Positions 37,526 to 46,915 of a stretch of 50,004 bases of DNA are shown here, in pieces (the stretch's first letter is position 1; the number at the start of each line of letters is the position of its first letter). The stretch spans positions 1 through 50,004 of IMG/VR virus record IMGVR_UViG_3300033159_000002. The stretch is one strand, 5' to 3'. The notes beneath the pieces were generated by a model. The model was not told where the DNA came from. It saw only the letters and a list, made by a program, of their open reading frames with translations, and searched no databases. Made by a program: the position numbers and the translations under genes.

Positions 37526-38257
37526 ATGAGGAAAATGCCTATTCATAGTACAAACCGTCCAATTATAACAGAAGCACGACCAACACAAGAAGTGCCATCG
37601 TGGTCTCCACCAAACCAGCCTATATTTACGCTTAAAGATTACCAGCAATTGTTTGGTAATTTACCCATAACACCTTTCAACCAATTGACTTTTTATTATA
37701 AAGATCACCAAGAATCGGAAAAACAGGAAACCAGCCCACCTATAATATTTACAAACCCGCCTACTCATAATGCAAACAATCTACCTACCTATAATATAAA
37801 CAGTTCAATAGGTACAGCAATAATACCACTACCGTCTCCCACAACTAACCCATCTATAACATTTGGAAATGTACCGTTACCCCTCTGGCTATGGAGAGAG
37901 CTCTACCAACAATTCTCGCCTCTCCCCAAACCATCAGCACATGAGCAAGAAACTAGCCCACCTGCATCTATACTTAAAGACCTACGACAATTGCTCAGCC
38001 ACTTACCTAAAACGCCTCTCCCCAAATTGCCTGAGGGAGAACCTAGAGAAGCACCTCTCGCTAAACAAGAACAGAAACCTAAGCAAACGGGAGGCATAGG
38101 TTGGATATACGAACAGAGACCAGCATTTACTCCAGTGGTTTTCTATAACCCTGCAAAAGGGACAATTTATACGCCACCGATCGCATTCCAACCCATTATA
38201 CCTAAATCGCCGCCTACATACCACGTGGTGGTAGAGACTAACTCTCTAACGTTTTAA
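37526..38257 (+). CDS. Pro-rich protein, paralog of 31366..32244
   Basis: Shared LLSHL.KTPLP.LP..EGEPREAP block. Confidence 0.8.
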   Translation: MRKMPIHSTNRPIITEARPTQEVPSWSPPNQPIFTLKDYQQLFGNLPITPFNQLTFYYKDHQESEKQETSPPIIFTNPPTHNANNLPTYNINSSIGTAIIPLPSPTTNPSITFGNVPLPLWLWRELYQQFSPLPKPSAHEQETSPPASILKDLRQLLSHLPKTPLPKLPEGEPREAPLAKQEQKPKQTGGIGWIYEQRPAFTPVVFYNPAKGTIYTPPIAFQPIIPKSPPTYHVVVETNSLTF

Positions 38258-38316
38258 AAAATAGTTTTCAAAAAAAGAGAGCTTTTATTTTTAAGTATTA
38301 ACTCCAAATTCTTCAT

Positions 38317-38793
38317 ATGCAGTATTTAGTCTTACTTTTGCTCATATTCGTCGCAATTGCTATCATTATAACGTTGCTACCTTACGTAAGCCTCATAATA
38401 ACGGATATTAACAACGTCAACGCACGTGTGTACACACTATACAATTCAACCACGTACATGAGCGGTACGTGGCTCGTGAACGGCAGCGAAATTCAGCAAG
38501 TCTCTACAACGCCAACAAACAAACTCGTAATTGAGGTAGCACAGGGCTCTTATGTTTATATATCAAACCAGACGTGGAGTGAAATGCTGTCGGATAACGG
38601 CGATAATGGGCCTATATTCTCCCCCTATGCGACGTTCAACCTCTCAGCTGGTTACTACAAGTATAACATACCTACGCAGGCTTTCGACTTCGAACAGCCC
38701 GTGTATAGCGTTTTATCAAGTCTGGCGTTCTTCTTCGCAGCTGCTGTAGTATTTATTCTCTTCATGGTGTTGTCGTATAGCCGTAGGAGGTGA
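38317..38793 (+). CDS. Two-TM membrane glycoprotein, candidate virion protein
   Basis: N- and C-terminal TM; NST, NGS, NQT and NLS sequons. Confidence 0.75.
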   Translation: MQYLVLLLLIFVAIAIIITLLPYVSLIITDINNVNARVYTLYNSTTYMSGTWLVNGSEIQQVSTTPTNKLVIEVAQGSYVYISNQTWSEMLSDNGDNGPIFSPYATFNLSAGYYKYNIPTQAFDFEQPVYSVLSSLAFFFAAAVVFILFMVLSYSRRR

Positions 38794-38798
38794 ACTGG

Positions 38799-38958
38799 CA
38801 GTTCGACTTAACGTCACCCTTTTTTCCTTACCTCGCACTTTTGCTATATAATAGCACCTCGAACCTTTCCCTAGTTTTTATCCCCCTTTTCTAGTTTCAC
38901 CAGCACGAAATTAAAACCGTGTTAAAGCTTTCCGCCCCCTTAACCCCCTCTTTTGTAA
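38799..38958 (+). repeat. Dispersed non-coding repeat, copy 4
   Basis: See copies 1-3. Confidence 0.9.
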
Positions 38959-38998
38959 CGTATTATATTTTTAAATATGTTCGTATACGTATATCTTG

Positions 38999-39166
38999 AT
39001 GGCATACAAGGAACATACCCATACCCACTCTGAAAGGTTGCTAGCCTGGAGAAGGGAATTTGCTGAAGCTGCAAAGATGTGCAGTGCAAAGGTTAAGGGT
39101 TTGCCAAAGGGAGAGAAACTAAGAGCGTTCAGAGCATGTATGAGAGAAACCTTAAGAAAGAAATAA
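38999..39166 (+). CDS. Small basic protein (55 aa, MAYKEHTHTHSERLLAWRREFAEAAKMCSAKVKGLPKGEKLRAFRACMRETLRKK), candidate nucleoprotein; absent from the ORF track
   Basis: TATATTTTTAAA exactly 23 nt upstream, as for the capsid candidate; K/R-rich with two Cys. Confidence 0.75.
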   Translation: MAYKEHTHTHSERLLAWRREFAEAAKMCSAKVKGLPKGEKLRAFRACMRETLRKK

Positions 39167-39167
39167 C

Positions 39168-39344
39168 ATGTTCGGGCTCACGCGAAAAGAGCCACCAATC
39201 GACATCATCGAAAGCGATGAGAATACCATAAAACTGCACACAATAAACGGTACAGTGAACGCGAAGAAGATCCTCAGCGTCAGCGGTAAACATGTGATCT
39301 ATATAGACCAATACGGAAATGTAAGAGAAGCGCTCCTAAAGTAA
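39168..39344 (+). CDS. Small protein (58 aa, MFGLTRKEPPIDII...); absent from the ORF track
   Basis: Starts 1 nt after the preceding stop; followed by a T-tract. Confidence 0.6.
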   Translation: MFGLTRKEPPIDIIESDENTIKLHTINGTVNAKKILSVSGKHVIYIDQYGNVREALLK

Positions 39345-39419
39345 AATTTATTTTTTGTGGGGGTACCCCCACACCTCCATTGCTAATTTATTTTTTAATT
39401 CCTTTTCCTATTTCTTCTT

Positions 39420-39809
39420 ATGCTAACAACACTGGGTAAGTTCGCCTTAGCTTTCATTATAGCCTTTACTATCATAAACACTATGGTTCAGGTCGACTTA
39501 TCCTCAGTAGGTTACCCGCAAATACCGTATTTCACGACAATTGTAAACCCACAAGCGTTTACAGCTATCATCCACAGCACTGCGGTTACGAACATGCCGT
39601 TTGCCTTTATCCTCTATGCCGTAGGGCTCCTTATCTTCAACGCGTTAATTAATTTCGTTGCTGGCATACCTATCGTGTTTTATGAAATGGCTGCAATTAG
39701 CGGGAACCCTGGTCTTATCATAGGTGCTTTGTTAGTAGGTGCAATGCTACAAGCGATGGCATGGCTGTACTTGCTAGAGGTGCTGGCACAGTTCTTCTTC
39801 CCAGTCTAA
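39420..39809 (+). CDS. 3-TM membrane protein
   Basis: Hydrophobic; conserved leaderless promoter. Confidence 0.75.
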   Translation: MLTTLGKFALAFIIAFTIINTMVQVDLSSVGYPQIPYFTTIVNPQAFTAIIHSTAVTNMPFAFILYAVGLLIFNALINFVAGIPIVFYEMAAISGNPGLIIGALLVGAMLQAMAWLYLLEVLAQFFFPV

Positions 39810-39885
39810 TTATGGGGACACCCCCAATGTGGGGGAACACCCCCAATGCTAATTTATTTTTTAACTTATTCTCCTACTTCTTCTT

Positions 39886-40470
39886 ATGAAAGTCCTAGTT
39901 GTAGACCTCGATAACACTCTATTTAACACTCAAGCAAGGTATAACGCATGCTTAGCGGAACAAGGTGTCGCGTCTTTAGACTCCCTCCACGGGGAGGCTA
40001 GGAGGAAGTTCTGGGAGTGTTACCAGTCACCACGGTACATGGACTTCGACATCCCTAACAAGGGCGTACTTGACACAGTAAAAAAGGCGAAAGAAAAGGG
40101 TTGGGTCGTTATACTGCTGACTGGAAGGAACGGTGAGACACAGAGAGAAAAAACACTCGAACAACTACAGAAATTTAACGTGCCATATGACTACTTGATA
40201 ATGAGGAACCCCAATGACTATAGGAAAGAGGTAGAGTATAAGCGGGAAATACTTAACGGTCTGAAGGGGTTAGGGGATGTTATACTCATAGACGACAACC
40301 CGGAGGTAAGAAAGTTAGTATCAAAAGCGTTCCCTCCAGACGAAAGTCCAACAATTGATGAGGCAAGGGATCAGGGTGAACTAAACGTTATGTTTTACAC
40401 CAAATACCCACCTGTTATAACTAAGGGGGTGAGCAGAGTTGAAGATGAAGAAGTTTTTGATCTTGAGTAG
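39886..40470 (+). CDS. HAD-superfamily phosphatase (PNKP 3'-phosphatase/acid phosphatase-like)
   Basis: VVDLDNT (motif I), LLTGR (II), K (III), IDD (IV). Confidence 0.88.
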   Translation: MKVLVVDLDNTLFNTQARYNACLAEQGVASLDSLHGEARRKFWECYQSPRYMDFDIPNKGVLDTVKKAKEKGWVVILLTGRNGETQREKTLEQLQKFNVPYDYLIMRNPNDYRKEVEYKREILNGLKGLGDVILIDDNPEVRKLVSKAFPPDESPTIDEARDQGELNVMFYTKYPPVITKGVSRVEDEEVFDLE

Positions 40471-43400
40471 TTTACTTCTTTTCATACTTCTCATGCCTTT
40501 AGAAGTGTATGCAGTACAGTCCTTTCTGACGTTTTACGTTAACGTTATGGACTACGGTACTGTGCTCATGTTGCAGAACCAGAGTAACGTGTTAACAATT
40601 TACGAGATCCCCTCCTCTTTCTCCTCAGTTCCATCATTTCAGGGTGTGCAGACTACGGGGAAGGCGTTGGAGGCTGTGGAAAACGTCACGCTGAAGAGCG
40701 GTGAAGTGGCACTGGTACATGAATACGGAGTATCGGGATTCTCGACACAAAACTTCCTTTACCAACAAGTGAACGTACCCAGAATCGTTACACACTCAAA
40801 TTCCACTACGTCCTATTATTCGTCTTCTACGATTTATGTAACACCAGATCAAGGATACCAGTTACAGTTCACTCCATGGTTCGGTATTCAAAACCAGCCT
40901 GTGGATAGTGTCGAGTCAACAGGTTGGAAAGTATTTCCATATTGGCAAAACGGCGAACTGGTGGTGAACAGTACTGGAGCAAGTACTTATGGTCAATACA
41001 TTGCTTGGAAATATTCTCCAATATCAAACGTCATCAACATCACCATTCATATAACATCATTCCCAGTACAAAGTAATAATCCTGGTATTCTTATCGCCTC
41101 ACCTAACGTAGGAGACCAAACAAACATTGCTAATAATGGTTTTTACGCGTTGACAGTTAACTTCTATGACAACAAGATAGCGTTCCATTCTCCAACATCT
41201 GGTTTCATAATACTTGACTCTTCTCTTCCTCAACCTAACCCTAATTATCCGTTCACTTTCAGCGTCATCCTGACAGAGAACAGTGCTGGAAACGTTACAG
41301 TACAGAGCGTATACATCAACTCAACGGCTTACACAGTAAATGTAAACACTCCTTTCCCGTGGAGCCAGATAGGCTACGTGGGGATAACACCAGATATGGG
41401 TAACTTATTCTACGTCTCCTACTTCAGTGTCTCTCCAGCACCTTACGGTGGTGTTGAACAGTTCGTGAACAACGTGGAGTCAACATCATGGAAAGTGTTA
41501 CCTTATTGGGAAAACGGCGAACTGGTGGTGAACAGTACTGGAGCAAGTATTTATGGACAGTACATTGATTGGAGATATTCGCCGATAAGTAACACCATCA
41601 ACATAACGATCCACATAACATCGTACCCAACACAGAATGGTAATCCTGGTATCGTTGTCTACTCACCTACCGTAGGAGACCAATCATATGACGGTGTTAC
41701 TGGTTTTTATGCGTTATTAGTTGACTTCTACGGCAACACGATATGGTTCCATTCCCCAACATCTAGTTACACGCAACTTTACACTTCTCTGCCTCAACCT
41801 AACCCCAACTACCCCTTTACCTTCAGCGTAATACTTACGGAGAATTCGGCGGGTAATGTTACCGTACAGAGCGTATACATCAATTCAACAGCATACCCCG
41901 TAAATGTAAACACTCCTTTCCCGTGGAATCAGATAGGCTACGTAGGGATCGATGCCGAACAGTCTAACTTATTCTACGTCTCCTATTTCGGCGTCTCTCC
42001 TTTCCAGTATGGTGTAGTCAAATACACGGTCAACTCAATATCATTACCTTCAATGCCCGATACTTCTTCAGCCACCGTTCTGATTTCTCAGCTCTCCAAC
42101 GGCTCTTACGCCATCCTCGGCGTGTACAACGGGACGTGGCATGAGCTTAACCTACCGTTTGCCAATCCTAATGGAAAGTTCACAGTTACGTTCAACCCAG
42201 TGGGCCCAGTGAACATAACGTTGAAGTCCTCCAACGTCTTATCTTACGGAGCTTTATTCTCTCCAGGTAACGGCGTGTTGTTAGAGGCTCAAAACGCTAT
42301 ACCTCCGTCAAACCCGTCGAATTGGGCACCGTTAGGCTATGTGGGTACCAACGGAGAGGTAGGAGGAGGTGTTGATTGGGCTTCGCCACAATTTACTCCA
42401 GCTACGCTCAACAGTATAAACTATTACCAAGGTGGTACAATAGCGACGACTGACTGGGGTACCACGAACTTCACTTATTACTCTGCATCAATTAATCAGC
42501 ATCTAAACGGACAGATGAATTACGTTACTGTTGGTATAGGTTTCACATCAGGTTGGGCTAATGCGCCCTCTGGCTATTACCCTTTCCAAAACGGCTTTAT
42601 CGACATGGTATACATAGAAAATAACAGTATTGCGACGTCACAAACACCTCCTAACGTCTCTTCGATGTTGTTCTTCTTCGACCCCACATACATCACGCAA
42701 CAAGGTCAATACATAAACCCCTTCACGAACCAGACCTACCAGCTGACTGGTTCCCTAACTAGGGAAGTTAACGATATCGGCGTCATTACGTTCCTCGATC
42801 CAAAAGTCACAAACCCTGTGATTTATGTCCCACCGTTCACAGAGGTAATCGTGAGGAACTCTACTAGCTCACAAATATTCATAAATTACGAGACGTTTCC
42901 TTACCAGACTGCAACGGTACCACCTGGTAATTACCAGATCACGGTCATCCTACTTTACACAGCTTATTCCTTCGTTTTAATAAACTGGCAAGGCTGGAAC
43001 GTGACTATTTACGAAAACGGACAACCAATGATAGTAAACGACCCGATAACACAACAAATACAGCCCTTCGACACACAAGGGCTCTTATCCGCACAAATTG
43101 TGGCAAACCCCAATACGAAAGTGTTGACCATATACCTTCAACCGCTCTCCTCTGGCGTAGGTACTTATTCACCTAAGGAGATAGCGTTCCCGAAACCCGC
43201 ACCGCAGTTAATACTCCCGTTAACCCAACAAACGCCGTTCAGTCTGTCAACACTTACGGTAAGCGGTATAGTTACAGTAGCAATGGTTTTAGCAGTTGTG
43301 ATCGCGTTAGCCAGAGCTAACCAAGATCTGCTCGCAAGTATAGCTGCAGGAGGTGCAGTAGTCGCAGTGGTGGGTATTATCATACACCTCATGCCAATAA

Positions 43401-43471
43401 TCTTCATAGGGTCAGTCATGGTTATAATATCTACAACATATAGGTTTGCGAGGAGGAGCAGCCAGACATGA
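40439..43471 (+). CDS. Large surface glycoprotein, candidate receptor-binding/adsorption protein with a duplicated beta-sandwich domain
   Basis: Signal peptide; ~185-aa internal duplication (~40910-41440 and ~41475-42000); many sequons; 3 C-terminal TM. Confidence 0.8.
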   Translation: MKMKKFLILSSLLLFILLMPLEVYAVQSFLTFYVNVMDYGTVLMLQNQSNVLTIYEIPSSFSSVPSFQGVQTTGKALEAVENVTLKSGEVALVHEYGVSGFSTQNFLYQQVNVPRIVTHSNSTTSYYSSSTIYVTPDQGYQLQFTPWFGIQNQPVDSVESTGWKVFPYWQNGELVVNSTGASTYGQYIAWKYSPISNVINITIHITSFPVQSNNPGILIASPNVGDQTNIANNGFYALTVNFYDNKIAFHSPTSGFIILDSSLPQPNPNYPFTFSVILTENSAGNVTVQSVYINSTAYTVNVNTPFPWSQIGYVGITPDMGNLFYVSYFSVSPAPYGGVEQFVNNVESTSWKVLPYWENGELVVNSTGASIYGQYIDWRYSPISNTINITIHITSYPTQNGNPGIVVYSPTVGDQSYDGVTGFYALLVDFYGNTIWFHSPTSSYTQLYTSLPQPNPNYPFTFSVILTENSAGNVTVQSVYINSTAYPVNVNTPFPWNQIGYVGIDAEQSNLFYVSYFGVSPFQYGVVKYTVNSISLPSMPDTSSATVLISQLSNGSYAILGVYNGTWHELNLPFANPNGKFTVTFNPVGPVNITLKSSNVLSYGALFSPGNGVLLEAQNAIPPSNPSNWAPLGYVGTNGEVGGGVDWASPQFTPATLNSINYYQGGTIATTDWGTTNFTYYSASINQHLNGQMNYVTVGIGFTSGWANAPSGYYPFQNGFIDMVYIENNSIATSQTPPNVSSMLFFFDPTYITQQGQYINPFTNQTYQLTGSLTREVNDIGVITFLDPKVTNPVIYVPPFTEVIVRNSTSSQIFINYETFPYQTATVPPGNYQITVILLYTAYSFVLINWQGWNVTIYENGQPMIVNDPITQQIQPFDTQGLLSAQIVANPNTKVLTIYLQPLSSGVGTYSPKEIAFPKPAPQLILPLTQQTPFSLSTLTVSGIVTVAMVLAVVIALARANQDLLASIAAGGAVVAVVGIIIHLMPIIFIGSVMVIISTTYRFARRSSQT

Positions 43472-43737
43472 AGTTCATCACATATGTTATCCTAATATTT
43501 ATTATAGGCATTACAGCAGCAGTACTCAACTTAATTGAGGGCATCTATTTCGGCCTTGCGGTTCCGACACTCAACAGCGTGAAAATAGGTAATGTGAGTG
43601 CGAAAATGCCCAGCAACCCTATACCGTTCGCCAGTAATATAGTCGACGTCTTGGTATTATTAATAGGTATGCTCATCTTCATGATACTCATATACATTGT
43701 TAAAATACTGAGAGAGAGGAGTCCTTATGGGCCGTGA
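43468..43737 (+). CDS. Two-helix hydrophobic hairpin protein, candidate minor capsid protein
   Basis: Same architecture as 4240..4656, with an NVS sequon in the loop. Confidence 0.55.
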   Translation: MKFITYVILIFIIGITAAVLNLIEGIYFGLAVPTLNSVKIGNVSAKMPSNPIPFASNIVDVLVLLIGMLIFMILIYIVKILRERSPYGP

Positions 43738-43813
43738 TAAAATAAACGACAAACCTCGCCCTTTTAGGGCGGGGTAAAAAAAGCATAAACGTCTCTTTTC
43801 TTTCCCTCGTCCT

Positions 43814-44008
43814 TTAGGGCGAGGAGGAGTCAGAACCTCCTATAACCCTTGCTAATTCTGATTTTTCCTTAGAGATAAAGCCCCTTGCAAGGGCCTGCTT
43901 CATTAAAAAAACTATAGCTTCTTGTCTTGATTCCCATCCTTCAGCTTTCCACATACTATCAAATTGTTGAAGGATGCGTTCATCTATATTCAAGCTTATT
44001 CTAGCCAT
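43814..44008 (-). CDS. RHH (NikR/CopG-like) regulator
   Basis: MARISLNIDERILQQFD...SRQEAI. Confidence 0.85.
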   Translation of the reverse strand: MARISLNIDERILQQFDSMWKAEGWESRQEAIVFLMKQALARGFISKEKSELARVIGGSDSSSP

Positions 44009-44189
44009 TGTGTATAATGTATGTTTGATATAGTATATAAAGCTTATGACATACACTTTTGTATTACAGCCTACAACTCCTAAATTATTTTATAAAAATA
44101 GGGATTAAGGGAGACAAACCTCACCCTTCCATGGTAAGGAGGAGGTCAGCTTATTTTTTATTTTTTAGCTTTTCCTCCTACTTCTTCTT

Positions 44190-44822
44190 ATGAAAAGGTT
44201 ATTATTACTGCTTTTAGTCCCTCTCATGGCGTCTCTGTTAGTAGCAGCAACTACAGGTGGCGCTGTTTTAGACTGGTCAGACGGTAGTGCCGTTGTGACA
44301 ATACAGCCACTTTCAGAGACAGTCATAGACGGTTATGTTGTTAACGCTTTTTATAACGGCTCAAATCAAGTAGTCCTCTTAGCGGAACCTTACTACCAGG
44401 GGCAAAACTTGCAACAGGTTACGTTTTCACTTTACAACTTTTACACACACCAGCTAATCGGTAATTATACATTGGAAGACAACTACACCGTGGTGACAGT
44501 ACCTTCCAATATAACTGTTATTTACATTTACTTCGACAGTCAACAGTTTGGGCCGTTTTACATAGCGACAAACGGCGGCAATTATGCACCGCCTCTTCTC
44601 GACCAAATGCTGATGTATGCTATTCCGTTGTCTTCTGTGGCTTTATTCGGGCTTAGAGCGGGTCTGAGAAACGTCGGGCTAGGATTAATAGTCTCATCGA
44701 TATTTACAACGGCAGAAATGGTAGCACTAGGGGTTTCTAACGCGTGGTTATATGCGATCCCCACTCTCGAGGTAATGTTTGCCATTATACTGTTGTGGCA
44801 CAGCGTCCAAACGTCGGGCTAA
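44190..44822 (+). CDS. Membrane glycoprotein with signal peptide and C-terminal TMs
   Basis: Signal peptide, sequons, 3 TM. Confidence 0.8.
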   Translation: MKRLLLLLLVPLMASLLVAATTGGAVLDWSDGSAVVTIQPLSETVIDGYVVNAFYNGSNQVVLLAEPYYQGQNLQQVTFSLYNFYTHQLIGNYTLEDNYTVVTVPSNITVIYIYFDSQQFGPFYIATNGGNYAPPLLDQMLMYAIPLSSVALFGLRAGLRNVGLGLIVSSIFTTAEMVALGVSNAWLYAIPTLEVMFAIILLWHSVQTSG

Positions 44823-44853
44823 CATTTTTCTTATTTAACCATTTTTTTCTTTC

Positions 44854-45594
44854 ATGACAACAACACTTCCTCCACCTGTAACAGTTCCAGCACCGCCATC
44901 ACCGTCATCAGTAGTACCGTCTTTTTCACCTAGTTTTATTGAATATGCTATGATCGCAATTTTTGCAGGCGTAATAATTTATGTTGCCTATAAACTCTTC
45001 AGTAAACCTAACTACAGGTACTGGTTAAGACTTATTGACGGAAACGAGGAAAAGGAGATCCCGCTGACGAGAATAGACGAGGTCAACTTCGTTAGTGTGA
45101 AGGGGAATATACGTGTGTATAAAGACCCCACAGTGAAGATGATCAAGAGCGGGAGAAGGTATATCCTCTACGGTTGGGGTATACAGCCCTACTACATTGC
45201 TAAAGACCCACAGACGCTTATCAACGTCGGGATCCGGGACTTAATCCTAAGAGTTGGAAACAAGGAAATAAAGTTCGACGGTACGTGGAAGTCGATCGTG
45301 GACTACTACACTTACTTAATAAAAAGTAGGATTGACACAATGAGGGAACTCACGCTTGATACTAATACACAGCTCGTTATAGCGGTCGATTACCCTAGTA
45401 TATTTAAGAGTTCGATCGAGGACTTACTTCACACTAACGTTAAGCATTCGTTAAGGCAGTTAGAGGAAATAGTGAACATAGAGAAGAACGTAACAGCTAC
45501 TAAGTCTACAGATTTCTCGTGGATGAGGTGGCTCATCATCGCGTTCATGATAATGGGCGTATTCCTGTTAGCCTTGTCGGTGATACATAAATGA
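44854..45594 (+). CDS. Two-TM membrane protein
   Basis: N- and C-terminal TM. Confidence 0.75.
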   Translation: MTTTLPPPVTVPAPPSPSSVVPSFSPSFIEYAMIAIFAGVIIYVAYKLFSKPNYRYWLRLIDGNEEKEIPLTRIDEVNFVSVKGNIRVYKDPTVKMIKSGRRYILYGWGIQPYYIAKDPQTLINVGIRDLILRVGNKEIKFDGTWKSIVDYYTYLIKSRIDTMRELTLDTNTQLVIAVDYPSIFKSSIEDLLHTNVKHSLRQLEEIVNIEKNVTATKSTDFSWMRWLIIAFMIMGVFLLALSVIHK

Positions 45595-46898
45595 TCTGCA
45601 GAAAAGTCGTGAGAAACTCCTCAACCGAAGTTCTGAGGAGGCCTGTCGGTTGCGACGAAATTGCTCCTTACACCGATGTTAAAACAGTAGGAGAAGTCAA
45701 AGTGGAGGAGGTTAAAGACTACATAGTAGTTACTGCCGATGACGTGTATGTTTACCCTAAAAGTGTGTGGGAACGTATACAGTTTTATGTTGATTATTTC
45801 AGAAAAAGCGGTGTCTTCCCAAATCCTGGTTTACTCTTCACAGGCCCACCTGGGACTGGGAAAACCACACTATCAAGGATAATTACCGATATGCTAGGAC
45901 TAGACAGAGTATTTTTCAGTTTTGCTGAAGTGTTAGGGCCTTACGTCGGGCAAAGCGAGAAGGGATTTCAGGCAAAAATCGACGAAGCCGTAAGATTGCG
46001 ACCTTCAGCCCTCGTAATCGACGAGGCGGACACTTTACTCATGCAAAGAGAAATTATGATACAAAGGATAGGTGTTTCTTCTGCAGATATTAACATTAAG
46101 TCTATGTTACTCGATACGATGTCCAAGATGAGGGAAAGTGACGTGCTATTTATTGCAATAACCAATATCTCACCTTCTCTTATTGACAGTGCATTGAAGA
46201 GAGAGGGCCGTTTCGGTGAACCAGTCTACGTCCCAGTGCCTACTAAAGACGCGATAGAGATACTCATAGAGAGAAAGTTCCCGCAATTCCTCGATAGACG
46301 GGAAGAATTAGCCTCCAAATTGGCGTCATCAATGCAGAACTTTGCTAATATAGTGTCCTACTTGAAAAGGTTACAATACGGCATAGACAGACTGCCTGAG
46401 GAATCACTTCGCGGTTACAGGATAATTTACGTCAAGAAACCTTATACAGACAGGAGGCTTGAGAGGTTCTTTTCCTCACTCGACTACCCTGAGCTTTACT
46501 TCGTAAAGGCTAACCCAGACCTCGCAATACCCGTGCTCGCTGCTTATTTCGTCTCTGTCGGTAAAGGAAACGTAGTTGTTTATAACGCGAAGGGACTAGA
46601 AGAGGCGATAAAGGTGGCTGAAACGTATAACGCTGTACTCATCGTAGATGAGAGGAGCGGGATACCGATAAAGGAACTGTTCCGGGTAGCAAATGTCCCG
46701 ATCGTTGTGGTAGGAGAGAACGTAACAGCGAGGGAAGTTTTCCATGTGGACGAGTACAACGAGGACATGATCAATATCATCTTCAGTGCGTACAACATCA
46801 AGGCGACACCGAGGAGGTATACCCTAAACGATTTGGAAAGGATTGTTTACCACTGTAAAGGAGGCGATGAGAACTGCGTAAAGAAGTTGAGAGAGTAG
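45591..46898 (+). CDS. AAA+ ATPase (CDC48/Vps4-like classical clade) with a degenerate second domain
   Basis: GPPGTGKT, LVIDEAD, IAITN, and IDSALKREGRF arginine-finger region. Confidence 0.92.
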   Translation: MICRKVVRNSSTEVLRRPVGCDEIAPYTDVKTVGEVKVEEVKDYIVVTADDVYVYPKSVWERIQFYVDYFRKSGVFPNPGLLFTGPPGTGKTTLSRIITDMLGLDRVFFSFAEVLGPYVGQSEKGFQAKIDEAVRLRPSALVIDEADTLLMQREIMIQRIGVSSADINIKSMLLDTMSKMRESDVLFIAITNISPSLIDSALKREGRFGEPVYVPVPTKDAIEILIERKFPQFLDRREELASKLASSMQNFANIVSYLKRLQYGIDRLPEESLRGYRIIYVKKPYTDRRLERFFSSLDYPELYFVKANPDLAIPVLAAYFVSVGKGNVVVYNAKGLEEAIKVAETYNAVLIVDERSGIPIKELFRVANVPIVVVGENVTAREVFHVDEYNEDMINIIFSAYNIKATPRRYTLNDLERIVYHCKGGDENCVKKLRE

Positions 46899-46915
46899 CC
46901 GTATTTTTAGGGGCT

